Assembly (NCBI RefSeq): GCF_006345805.1
Contig: NC_043000.1
Location: 35,774,001-35,838,000, forward strand
Reading direction: 5' to 3'
Source of the DNA: Octopus sinensis
Lineage: Eukaryota
Length of the DNA stretch: 64,000 nucleotides
The position numbers were made by a program, and so were the translations under genes. Shown here one piece after another: positions 36,811 to 48,871 of the stretch. Positions within the stretch are counted from its first letter, which is position 1; the number at the start of each line of letters is the position of its first letter. The notes beneath the pieces are model-generated. The model was given only the letters and a program-made list of their open reading frames with translations. It made no database searches and had not been told where the DNA came from.

Positions 36811-38136
36811 AATTTCAACAATTGAGGGTAAAATTAATTAATTAATTAATCAATTTCACCAAGTATTCAGTATGCAAAGGGACCATAAGGCGAATTCAAA
36901 TTATTACATTATATAAAAGGGCTTAGTAAAATAATTACTTGCCGCATACTGAACTCGTTAGAATAGCAGCTAAAAAAACTTTTTAAAAACTATTTCTAAC
37001 CCTTAAAGAAAACCTCTCTCATATAGTGTTTGCTCAATTCAACTCAAGAAAGTATGTGGGTAGAGACATTAAAAAATCAAATGCAAAGTTATTTGAGTAC
37101 GTACGTTTCAGATTAGTCAAAATCGACCCTTCTCTCTCATACTCAGAATGCCCTTGTTTGAATTTGAAAACACTGAAATGGAGCATACCCTTTCGGCTTG
37201 TTATCGCTTCTGAAGATCTGCTCCAAACTAACAGTGCCAACAAACTCAAATATGCAAGCGAAGAATTTCTGCTCTCTCCCTTTCCACCAGCGTGGGTTAA
37301 AATCACAAACACTATGTTTTTTTCGGTAAAATCCGAGACATTAAGTAGAGAGAGATGAATTATAATTTCAACAATTGAGGGTAAAATTAATTATTAATTA
37401 ATCAATTTCACCAAGTATTCAGTATGCAAAGGGACCATAAGGCGAATTCAAATTATTACATTATATAAAAGGGCTTAGTAAAATAAATTACTTTGCCGCA
37501 TACTGAACTCGTTAGAAATAGCAGCTAAAAAAACTTTTTATAAAACTATTTCTAACACTTAAAGAAAACCTCTCTCATATAGTGTTTGCTCAATTCAACT
37601 CACAAGTATTGGGTAGAGACTTAGAGACTTGGTGAAATTGATTATTAATTAATTAATTTTACCCTCAATTGTTGAAATTATAATTCATCTCTCTCTTTAC
37701 TTAATGTCTCGGATTTTACCGAAAAAAACATAGTGTTTGCTGATTTTAACCCACGCTTGGTGGAAAGGAGAGCAGAATTCTTCGCTTGCATATTTGATTT
37801 GTTTGGCACTGTTAGTTTGGAGCAGATCTTCAGAAGCGATAACAAGCCGAAAGGGTATGCTCCCATTTTCAGTGTTTTCAATTCAAACAAGGGCATTCTG
37901 AGCTGATGAGAGAAGGGTCGATTTTGACTAATCTTGAAACTACGTACTCAAATAACCTTTGCATTTGATTTTTTAATTTCTCTCTACCCACATACTTTCT
38001 TGATTGAATTGAGCAAACACTATATGAGAGAGGTTTTCTTTCTTTAAGTGTTAGAAATAGTTTTATAAAAGGTTTTTTTAGCTGCTATTTCTAACGAGTT
38101 CAGTATGCGGCAAAGTAATTTATTTTACTAAGCCGT

Positions 38137-38140
<4 letters not shown>
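36811..38140. mobile_element. 553-bp unit in tandem (about 1.5 copies) plus an inverted copy; hammerhead-bearing, PLE/retrozyme-like
   Basis: aatttcaacaattgagggt at 36811 and 37364; 37627-38140 is the reverse complement of about 36910-37416. Confidence 0.8.
37899..37950 (+). ncRNA. Minimal type I hammerhead ribozyme
   Basis: TGAG-CTGATGA-GAGA.AGG.GTC-GATTTT-GAC.TAA.TCTT-GAAAC-TAC-GTA-CTCA; the sister copy 37094-37145 (-) has the palindrome ACGTACGT but an indel-damaged core. Confidence 0.72.
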
Positions 38141-38194
<54 letters not shown>

Positions 38195-38366
38195 TATATA
38201 TATAAACCCTCCTTCTTCCCTTCTTTCCTGAGCGTCCAATAATACTTTATTTGTTCCACGTCCCGCGCGTTGCTGTGTTTTTTTGTGTTTTCTTGTTTGG
38301 ATTAACTATATATATATATATATGATATATATATATATATATATAATATATATCATAATCCAAATA

Positions 38367-38497
38367 AAACAAACTGACTTTTCACCTTGGTACGAAAATG
38401 ACGTAAGACAGGCGGAATAAATGGAGTCTATTTTATTAGTCACTGTGGTCAATACAAAACTAGTTTCACGCCCTCTCTTTGTCTTTATATATATATA

Positions 38498-38536
<39 letters not shown>

Positions 38537-38939
38537 TATATATATATAATATATAGTATATATATACATATACATATATACATATATACACACACACACA
38601 CATTCATAATTTGCCGCAATCAGCCCACCGACAGATTAGAAAGCGTGTTTGAATGTGGAGGAAGAAGTATGTTTTTTCTTCCTTTTTTACTTTTTTCAAT
38701 ATACCGAATACCTCGGGTTACGAATTGATGTGGATAAATGGAGGTGAATTTATTTTATAGTTATTATATTTTTCTTAAAATATGGCATATACAACTGAAG
38801 ATCGGAAAATGTGCTTCTAAACTAAATTAATCTTTTAAAAATTTATTTATTTAGTTTGTAACATTAATGGTGAAATAGACTTAATATATTCCGCCCACCT
38901 TACATCATTTTCGTACCAAGGAGAAAAGTCCGTTTGTTT
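38367..38939. mobile_element. MITE with about 70-bp terminal inverted repeats
   Basis: aaacaaactgacttttcaccttggtacgaaaatgacgtaag.. versus rc aaacaaacggacttttctccttggtacgaaaatgatgtaag.. Confidence 0.75.
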
Positions 38940-39087
38940 ATACCCCCCCCCACACATATATATATATATACATACATATATATATATAGACACACACAGG
39001 ATGCGGACGGTATTTGAGGACACATGCAGTTTTAGTCATTATTTTATTTGACTAATTATTATTGAGCTTCTATTTCAGAAAATAACA

Positions 39088-39261
39088 ATGGCATGCCCTC
39101 TGCTTGCTGATGAAATGGAAAGGCATGTTGTGATTGTGGCTCTGAAGGCTATGTATGGTGATTTAGACATTTCCTGTTTTCTGAAAGTTGCAAGATGTTT
39201 TGTGCACAGGATTTGGTGTGAGAAAGAAGATGGAAGAATATTACCTGTAATCAACAGGTAA
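39088..39261 (+). mobile_element. Tc1/mariner-type transposase N-terminal HTH fragment
   Basis: MACPLLADEMERHVVIVALKAMYGDLDISCFLKVARCFVHRIW..* (57 aa) fits the RH.I..L......EIA..L.V.RS.V HTH pattern. Confidence 0.5.
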
Positions 39262-40156
39262 AAACCATTCCAAACGCTCTCCTTCCTAATCGTCAGCCAT
39301 TTTGTATTTCTATTGTATGTGTCTTCATTTGCGCATGCGTATATCTCTATGTGCGTCTATGTTTAGTTAGTGTGTGTGTGGGGGGAAATGCTTGTAATAT
39401 TTGTATCTTGTGGGGAAATGCTTGTAATATTTGTATCTTCTGTTTATATACGTTTATATATATAAACATAGACGCACATAGATATATACGCATGCACAAA
39501 TGAAGACGCATACAATAGAAATACAAAATGGCTGACGGTTAGTAAGGAGAGACACACAAATAAGAAAGAAGAAAGCAAAGGACCACTGATGCGGTCACAG
39601 GAGTGTGACGAAAGAACTCTGGCCGAAATAAGATTAAGATTAATGTAAAAAATAAATAACACTGAAGCAAAGTAACACCAAATATATAGTGCGTGTGTTT
39701 TTATTGGCTAAACTGGCAAAATGACTATTCCGAAATACAACACTATATATATATATATATATATATACATATATATGTATGTACGTATGTATGTATGTAT
39801 ACATATAATGCAAACAAAGTTAGCGGTTATAATAACCGACTGAGAGATATAATATACAATGGGTATCCGTTACCCGTATTAGCCCCGGGCATTCATGTTA
39901 GTATTTTCCTTATATGTATTTTCTTGATAAATTCTTTTTTTAAACATCCTGCACTCCCTTTAAATTGCATCCACCCGTTAATAAATAGTAGTATTCCCTA
40001 GACCAATACTAGTTCACTCTTTTATCCACGGACTTCGTAGCCCCTAGATGTTAAATTATATGCTTTTAACACATTGGGCTTCTAGACTTTTTTGTCTAGG
40101 CCATGTTTTCTTTTCTTTTCCTTCTTCCCTTTGTTTATATTGTATGCTCTTGTTTT

Positions 40157-40272
40157 TTACTCTGATGAAAATCTGTTGCCTTAATTCGAATGCCCTATGA
40201 AGATGGAGAACTTTATTCTCGCATTTATTTATAGACAGTATTTTGGCAACCGATCGGAAACGACCGTAAGAT
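40157..40272 (+). ncRNA. Degenerate hammerhead (same architecture as 3060-3151)
   Basis: CTGATGA(40162)-AAATCTGTTGCC..GGCAACCGATCG-GAAAC-GACC-GTA-AGAT; 9/12 pairs in stem II; stem I only 2 bp. Confidence 0.55.
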
Positions 40273-40861
40273 ATATTACGTCACCTATTCGTTATGTCCT
40301 GCTTTGTATTAATAAATAAGCTATAAATGTGGCCCAATCGATGTCTTTGTTAATCTGAGGTTTTCTCCATTTTCTGATTATTTGCATTATATTTTTATCG
40401 TTTTTATTTTTATTTTTTATTTATATTTTCTTTCTTTCTTTTCCAGTATAGGGTATATTCATCAATATCTATAACTTACCACGTAGATACACTTACTATA
40501 TACAACATTTAACTCACTAATACTCTGTATGCATCCTTCAAAGGAAAAAAAAATTATAACTTAAGATCTATAAGCTCATAATGATCCTGAAGAAGTCCTC
40601 CCCCAAAGAGGTAGAGTGTGATACCATTCTTAACATTTAACCAAATGCTTAGAATTTCTGATCAACTCGGGGATAGGACTGAAACATATATGAAAGTTCT
40701 TTTCTTTTCTTTTATTCAAGCTTGTAATCAATTTATTTGTACTGTCATGTCTTTTAAAAGAAATTTTCAACATTTTATAACATACAAATAAATTATTCAT
40801 ACATCCATTTTTTCTCAATTTTCTTTTCTTCAACACACACATACACACACACACATACATA

Positions 40862-41734
40862 CAGCGTGTGTGAAAAGTAAGTAGGCATTAAAAACTGATA
40901 ATAAAATCTATATTCCTTTCACAAATTTATTGAAACAAATGATACATGTTCTTTATTAATTGGCAAAATGAAAGTAAATCTTTATATTTCAACGTAAACA
41001 CCGGTGGCGCCAACCGGTTTCCTCAAACTTGAACAACCTTCTGAAGGACGTCGTCTGGGGTATCATTGAGAACCTCCTGAATCCGTGTCTCTAAGTCCTC
41101 CAGTGTGCGAGGTTTTGTTATGTACACCCCATCTTTTGTGTAAAAATCACATGCAGTGAGATCTGGACTTCTTGGAGTTCTGGACTTCTGCGGTCACAGT
41201 TTTCAGGTTTTAGCTCTTGCACGTAATGAGGTTTCCACGAATGAATAGTCAATTCTTTATGCAAAACCATACGTATTGTGTGTCGTGTTAGTCCACTTTC
41301 ACGAGCAGCTTGACATGTTGATTTTTGAGGGCTGCGATTAAACATTTCCTGTACTGGTGCCACGTTCTCCACTGATAAGGATGTGGTTGGACGGCCACTT
41401 CTTGCATCGTTCACAGAGCCCCGTGGTTATCAGCTTTACGTAACAACTTTTTATTTCTCTGGACGTAGTGTTGCATGCTTACTTATCCATGTACGCCACC
41501 ATCTCTGAACCAAAACGACAGAATTCCACACTTCGCAGCGCGCTGCTATCTAAGCTCGCTCCTGAACAGTCAAGCAAGCAACCATCTGGAAAATAAGAAA
41601 TAAGAAATATGATAAGAAAATAAGAAATCCCTGTTATTGTTGTCTGTTTATAAAATATTTTCGTCATGACTTCAGTGAAAATTTAAATATTCTACAAGCA
41701 ATTTCTAATGCCTACTTACTTTCCACTCACCCTT
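40862..41734 (-). mobile_element. Mariner/Tc1 element with internal deletion
   Basis: About 30-bp TIRs (..GAAAGTAAGTAGGCATTA), TA at 40860-40861 and 41735-41736; ORF 41118-41414 DARSGRPTT..RSPQKST..WKPHYVQEL jumps to the SPxL region. Confidence 0.85.
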
Positions 41735-42017
41735 TATATATATATATATATATAAATTAAATTAGAGATAAAAGCACTATTAGGCAAATCAAATAGTGAA
41801 AAACATAAACCAAGACATAAAAATAAATATAATTAATATAATATACAATATATATAAAATATAAAATTTAAAACTTTAAATTATTTAAATTTAAAATTAA
41901 AATTATTAATTTATATTTATAAATTTTTATAATTTTATAATTATTATTATTATTATTATAATTATATATATATATATGTATAGGTGAGAAAGTTGGTGTG
42001 TGAAAGCACATGGTTGG

Positions 42018-42533
42018 ATATATAGAAAATAGAAAAGAGTGAAAAAACTACAGAAGGCTTGTTTTATAGAGTTAAAGAATATATTTAAGTCGTTATGTTA
42101 GAAGAATGTTATGAAATTTTTCATACAGTAACATAGTTTTTGAAAAAATGACCGGTTTCGTGTTAACTTTTCAAATTTCTCAAATGTCTTTACCTGCATT
42201 GTGTTATGTCTTCGTTATGCAGTGCAAAGGAGAGTTCCAGGTATGGGGAGGTAATAAGCCCATTAAATAAGGGAAAAGAAATATAAAGCGATTATCGCCC
42301 TTATACCGGAAGAAATCGCTTATTACCTCCCCCTACCTGGAACTCTCCTTTGCACTGCATAATGAAGACATAACACGATGCAGGTAAAGACATTTGAGAA
42401 ATTTGAAAAGTTAACACGAAACCTGTATGAAAAATTTTATAACATTCTTCTAACATAACGACTTAAATATATTCTTTAACCTTATAAAACAAGCCTTCTG
42501 TAGTTTTTTCACTCTTTTCTATTTTCTATATAT
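42018..42533. mobile_element. Young fold-back element (216-bp matched arms, 58-bp spacer)
   Basis: Arms 42018-42259 and 42318-42533, near-identical except a 26-bp segment present only in the left arm. Confidence 0.85.
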
Positions 42534-42811
42534 ATAATTTAAAATGAGGGTGAAAAACTGAATATTAATTTGATTAATATCAATTTAAAATCAGTGGTCT
42601 AGCATATTAATCCATGATTAATCTATATTTTTGTTATTTCTCATTTGTCTTGCTCGATTACGTTCTGGCGTTTGCTGAATTTTCTTGAGAACATTTCTTA
42701 GTGCTAAGACCATAGCGGATCTACTTCTAGCATAAGGGTTGTTCACGTTGTGGTCATTCCTCTTATATGTATGTAATACACACACACACACACAACACAC
42801 ACACACACACA

Positions 42812-42900
<89 letters not shown>

Positions 42901-42913
42901 GTATATATATATA

Positions 42914-42950
<37 letters not shown>

Positions 42951-42953
<3 letters not shown>

Positions 42954-44457
42954 GAAGGAAGGTAAAATATGCCCTATTCATAAAGGAGGTAGCAGAGCGG
43001 AGGCCAAGAACTACAGACCTTTCTCTCTGACCTCACAGATCAGCAAGGTCATGGAACGAATAGTCAGAAGGAAACTAATCACTTTCCTTGAAGAAATGAC
43101 TTGCTGCCTGACACCCAACATGGTTTCCGACCAGGAAGAAGCTGCTTAACTCAGCTCCTACAACACTATGACTGGGTGCTGAAACGACTGCTCAACCACT
43201 CAAATGTGGAAGTCATATATCTCGACTTTGCAAAGGCCTTTGATAAAGTAGATCATGGAATGATATGTCACAAACTGCGTGATCTTGGCATAGTTGGAAA
43301 ATTGGGAGAATGGCTTCATGACTTTCTGAAGGATAGAAGCCAGGTGGTAGTAGCCAATGGGGCCACTTCCATTAACACGCAAATAGTGAGCGGTGTTCCG
43401 CAAGGCACTGTTTTGGGACCGCTACTGTTCATAATGGCCCTCTCAGACATGCCCTCAGCCACGCAGAGAGCCACGATCACAAGTTATGCAGATGATACAA
43501 AAGTTTCACAGGCAATACAGAACCCTGAAGACACTAAGCACCTGCAATGTGAGCTGGACAAAATATACAAGTGGGCTGAAAAGAATAGCATGCAGTTCAA
43601 TGCTGAAAAGTTTCAAGCTTTATGCTATCAGCATGCAAAACTAAATGCAATACCCAGTAAATACACTGGACCTGGAGGGATTGCAATCCCAGAGGCACAA
43701 TCAGTGCGAGATCTGGGTATTTACATGAGTGATGATGCAACCTTTCATGTGCATGTTGCTAAATTGGCAATGAAATGTAGGCGGCTGACCGGATGGATTC
43801 TTAGAACCTTTAGAACAAGAGACCAGGAAACCATGATGGTCCTCTGGAGGACACTTGTCCTAAGCCACTTTGACTATTGCTCTCAGCTATGGTGACCATC
43901 CAGTGTCAAGTTAATCACAGAACTTGGGGCGATCCAACGAAGCTACACGAAGCATATAAGCTATTGGGAAAGACTCAAGAGATTGAGACTCTATTCCTTA
44001 GAGGGTAGGCGAGAAAGATATGCCATAATATACATCTGGAAGATCCTAGAAGGACTTGTCCCAAACTTTGGCATCGAGAGTTACACAAATGCTAGAACTG
44101 GGCGCTACTGCATAGTGCCAAGGACTCCAAATTTACCATCAAGATGTAGGACGAGATACTGTGATAGCCTGGGCTTCCGAGGCCCACAGCTCTTCAATAT
44201 CCTCCCGAAGAACCTAAGAGACCTGCATGGGGTGGATGCAGATGTCTTTAAAATAAAACTGGATCACTTCTTGTCAGGTGTCCCAGATGAACCAACTTCA
44301 CGCAGGAGGTGCAGATGAGGGCAGCTGCATCGAACTCTCTCATGCACCAAATGGCAATTGCTAAAAAGCATTCGTGAAGTAAAATCATGTAGCAACACCA
44401 AATGGCGGTGCCCCAGCATGGCCACAGCTTGTGAGCTAAAACTAGATAAAAAAAGAT
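42951..44457 (+). mobile_element. CR1/L2-group LINE, 5'-truncated RT domain with 3' end
   Basis: NYRPFSLTSQISKVMER, QHGFRPGRSCLTQL, YLDFAKAFDKVDH, GVPQGTVLGPLLF, YADDTK; frameshift near 43100, stop at 43893; 3' hairpin and A-rich tail. Confidence 0.93.
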
Positions 44458-44618
44458 AATAATAAGGGTAAAATTAATTAATTAGTAATTAATAATGGAG
44501 AAGTATACAAGGCCTCATTCGTACGTTTTGAATTCGTTAGTACTGGCGGTCGAAGGTGGTTCGTCTGGGATTACTCAAATCAGATTTTTAATGCTCTCAA
44601 ATTTAAACTTAACGAAAT

Positions 44619-44701
44619 CTTGGGTTGATGACAGGAATGTTGATATAGGTATGTATTTCTAGCATCTCTATATCTAACTAACCCAGAAACGCGTTCACAA
44701 G
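44619..44701 (+). ncRNA. Degenerate hammerhead within a PLE-like repeat (44460-44890)
   Basis: CTTGGG-TTGATGA..GATATAG/CTATATC..GAAAC-GC-GTT-CACAAG; palindrome ACGCGT; stem I 5/6; C3 mutated to T. Confidence 0.5.
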
Positions 44702-44891
44702 TAATCTAATTTCGAGTGAACTTTCGTTATTTTCCCCTCTTACCCTACGTGAATTGCTTTTGAGTATACATTGTCTGGGAGACTCTTCTTATAGCAGAGG
44801 AAATAGCAAAATTCTTTGGCTGCTATTTCTAAAAGTTCGGTGTGTGGTAAAGTAAATTTTGTTTGCTGAACCCTAATTATATAAAGTAATG

Positions 44892-45014
<123 letters not shown>

Positions 45015-45070
45015 TACATATATCTATATCTATCTATATATATATATGTATATATATACATATATCTATA

Positions 45071-45130
<60 letters not shown>

Positions 45131-45131
<1 letters not shown>

Positions 45132-45514
45132 TAGCAGTATCGCCCGGCGTTGTTCAGGTTTGTAAGGGAAATAACTATAAAGCATTTTCAGAGAGTTATA
45201 GCCAAAAAATAGCAAAAAATTGGAAAAAAATGATGGCAAATTTTTTTGGAGAGTTAAAAAAGGATAAAGTTGCGTCCCCTAGACAGTTTGTGGTTCGTGT
45301 TTCTGATTCTCGACCCCATGTCGAATTTATCGATTTTTTTCAGAACTGGGGGAACTTTTCAAAATTTTCGCTGCGTTAGTTTTGAATTATGGCATTGGGC
45401 TATGTGTGTGTCAAGTTTCATCAGAATCGGTTGAAAGCCGTGGTCAGGGTGAGGGTACAAGCAAACAGACACACAGAAACACGCACAGACAAACTGCCGT
45501 TTATATATAGAGAT
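45131..45514 (+). mobile_element. Helitron/Helentron-like non-autonomous element
   Basis: Starts CTAGCAGTATCGCCCGGCG, has the aagtttcatcagaatcgg motif, ACAG repeats and a TTTATATATAGAGAT end, as in DINE/Lep1-like elements. Confidence 0.5.
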
Positions 45515-46622
45515 ATATATACACACACCCATATATATATATGTATATATATACACCCATATATATATGTATATATATATATATATATATATACACATAC
45601 ACACATGATGTAGTCCGAGGTATAATATACCTGAAGGCACATAAAACGATGTAATCCTAGGTACCCTATGTTAATTGGACATTTTAGAAAACGTAGTCAC
45701 AGACACACTACACCTGAGGGGTACATTAGATAATGTGGTCCTTGATATAATATGTCTGAAGGGTACATCAAATGGTGTCGCCCTCTATATACTATGTGAA
45801 AGTTTGCAAGCTCGCCTTATAGGCGTGTCCAGTCTATTTGTAGTTTGTGGTTCAAATTTCAGTTCGCTGGCTGAATATTATTTTCGTCAGAGAAACTGTT
45901 CGCTACACAATTTGTTCGTTTAGCGTACCGTGCGTGTGCACTCATCCAGTCACTTATCCGCGAGTACAGTCTCGTGGTGGTTCGTTGTTCAAATTTCAGT
46001 TCGCTAAGTGAATGAACTCCCATTGACTTATACACATGCATAGTGTGCTCGTGGTTCGTTGATCAACTTTCAGCTAATGCGAGTTTACTTTTTTTTCTGA
46101 AAAACGGGGCGATATTCAATTTGTTCGTTTAAAGAACTGTTCGTATATGCGTACACCCTTGTATGCGTTGAAGAATTTTATGTTTAACCGATTTTCTGTT
46201 GTACATATTTAGTTTATCCAAGATAGCCCAGTAAAATATTCATTTAATCACTTCATTATTTTCCTTATTCGCTGCGGACTATTAAAGTAGTTTGATTTTA
46301 TTCTCTTCGGTCAACACTCAAATACTTTTACGCATTCAATTTCTATTAAGTTCATTCTCCCCGGTGAATTTTCTCGAAATAAACCCGAAAGAATTTGTAA
46401 TCATTTCTAGTCGGCTGTTTAACGGACGTTCTCTACATTTGACCAATGAGCTTAGCGTATTGCTTCGGAATGTAACTGGAGAGCGAGATTAAACAAAGCA
46501 GTTTGGGAAAACGAAAATGCTAGAAAGTGGTTAACAGTACCAGGAGGAGGAGGGAACGGTTTCAAATAAAACGGAAATGATGTCAGCAGATTTTCAGGAG
46601 TATACATACATACATACATACA

Positions 46623-46740
<118 letters not shown>

Positions 46741-48871
46741 AGGGAGGTAGGGATAGAAGGATGGAGGGAGGTGGACACTAAATAAAAGAGGAAACTACGT
46801 CATGTAGGAGCTTCAGAGAAAGGGGAAATGACGTTAGAAGAAAAGGAAACGGCATTAGAGAGTACATATGTAATAAGGAAATGACGCCACCTAGTGGAGA
46901 TAACGTGAAAGGAAACGGCGAGACAAGAGTGGGAGAAGATAGGGCGAGGAAGTAAAAAGAGTTAGAAATAGATGTGTTGAGAGGAAATTCTCTTAAGCAA
47001 AGTTCGTAGCTTTCATTTGCTTTCTCCAATGTTCTAGAAGAATAGGAAACGAACAATTTGTTGGTCGAAAGTTGAAGTTTAACTTAATTTATTTGACTAG
47101 CTTACACTGATATTAACCCGACTCGCTCTCTCCTTCTCTCTGTGTCTGTCTCCCACATCATAGATAACACACACACACACTTACACACACGAATAACGTC
47201 TCCTCCCTTTCTACTTGGGTTGTAGAAATCTAATTCATCAATTCGTTAGTTGAGATCAATTGATTAAACGTTTTCAAGCGACTCGATCTAGAGACAATAC
47301 ATCAACAGACTTAAGATTTCATTTGGGAAACTGTCTGATTGAGAAGAAAGCATTGTTTCAGTTCAAGAAACTACTTAACCTCTATAAATCTTGGAATAGA
47401 ATTACGGTTTAATCATTCGGAATGGTGTCGCTTTAGCCAGTCTGGATGTAATCTATAGGCTACCCGAAAGACTTAGATTCTAAAAAAAGAAAGCAGAAAC
47501 CACCGCAATGGGTTCTTAGGTCCTTGACATCAACGCTCCCTCTTTCTATCTCCCTCTCTATATATTTCCATATATGGACTACCTGAAATAACATTTATTT
47601 TATGAACTTTCTCACTTTATACATCTCGTACAACAATAAATTCGTTTTCATTGTTAAGGAGCCATAATTATTCCTACAAATATTTTTGTGTAGTTCCAAC
47701 GCAATTCTATCTTTTGTTTTTTCACTTGTTTCAGTCAATAGACTCTGGCCATGTCTCGGCACCGCTTTAAAAAGGTTTCACTCGAACAAATCGATCCCCG
47801 TTACTTTGCTTTAAGCCTGGTTTTTATTCTATTAGTCTCTATTGTCGAGCGCTAGGTTACAGGGGAGTAAAAAAAGAACCAATACTGGTTGTCAAGCGAT
47901 GGTAGAAGGACAAAGAAAAGAAGAGAAAGAGATATACATATACAGCAGGATTCCACACAGTTTCCACAAACCAAATCCACTCATAAGGCATTGGTTTCCC
48001 ATGTGGCTGGAAAAAAAGCTTTTTATCACACAGCCACACCCACGTCTGATACTAAGAGAAGACAAACCAACGAGGCAGTTGGACCTTTTTTTTCACCTCC
48101 TGAGACGCACCGAATGAGGGCCAATAGAGGGTAACGACTCATCGTCAGATTTTAAAGTTTTATCTTAAATAACAACAACGACGACGACGATGATAACAAT
48201 AACCAAATACTCAAATGGTTGTCTGAATGTTCGAGATGATGAATTATCATTATCACTCGGAGGCTGAGGCTGATGGATTCGCAGAATCATCAGCGCGTCG
48301 GACAAAGTGCCTTGCGATATTTGTTCCATTCTCTAATATCTGTATCACTATCTCTATCTCTCTTTCTCCCCCTCTCTCCCCTACACACATATCTATATTT
48401 ACACACACACACAACACACACACACACACACACATGCATACATACATACGCACAAATACATACACATACGCACACATGCACACACATACACTTACTGGAG
48501 GTGCTCCAGCATGACCACATGAAAAAAAAAACATATCGTTCTAGATATCTTATTTAACGCAGATATATTGTTGAAAGCCACAAAACTGCAATATTCGTCT
48601 TGAGAAAGTATCTTGTATAGAAGTGTAGAGTTAAACAGCACAGAAAAGCATCCAGCAGCGACGGTGGAATTGCTATATCCAGATTTCTGCGAGTTTGTGC
48701 ATCGTCAGTAGCAAGTATCTACAAGCAACAGCATGCTTAGACAAATTTAGCCTCTACAGAGAAACGATAATTAACAAGTCATATGTGTCACAATTAACTC
48801 ATAAGCTGGGTATAAATTCGTTATAAGCGACGGAAGCAGTAATTAGTTCAGGAAAGCGTTTTATCCTTATA

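Noticed and set aside
37026-37358. ORFs of 72-110 aa in the 553-bp unit
   Set aside because: Not conserved in frame between copies; no recognisable domain
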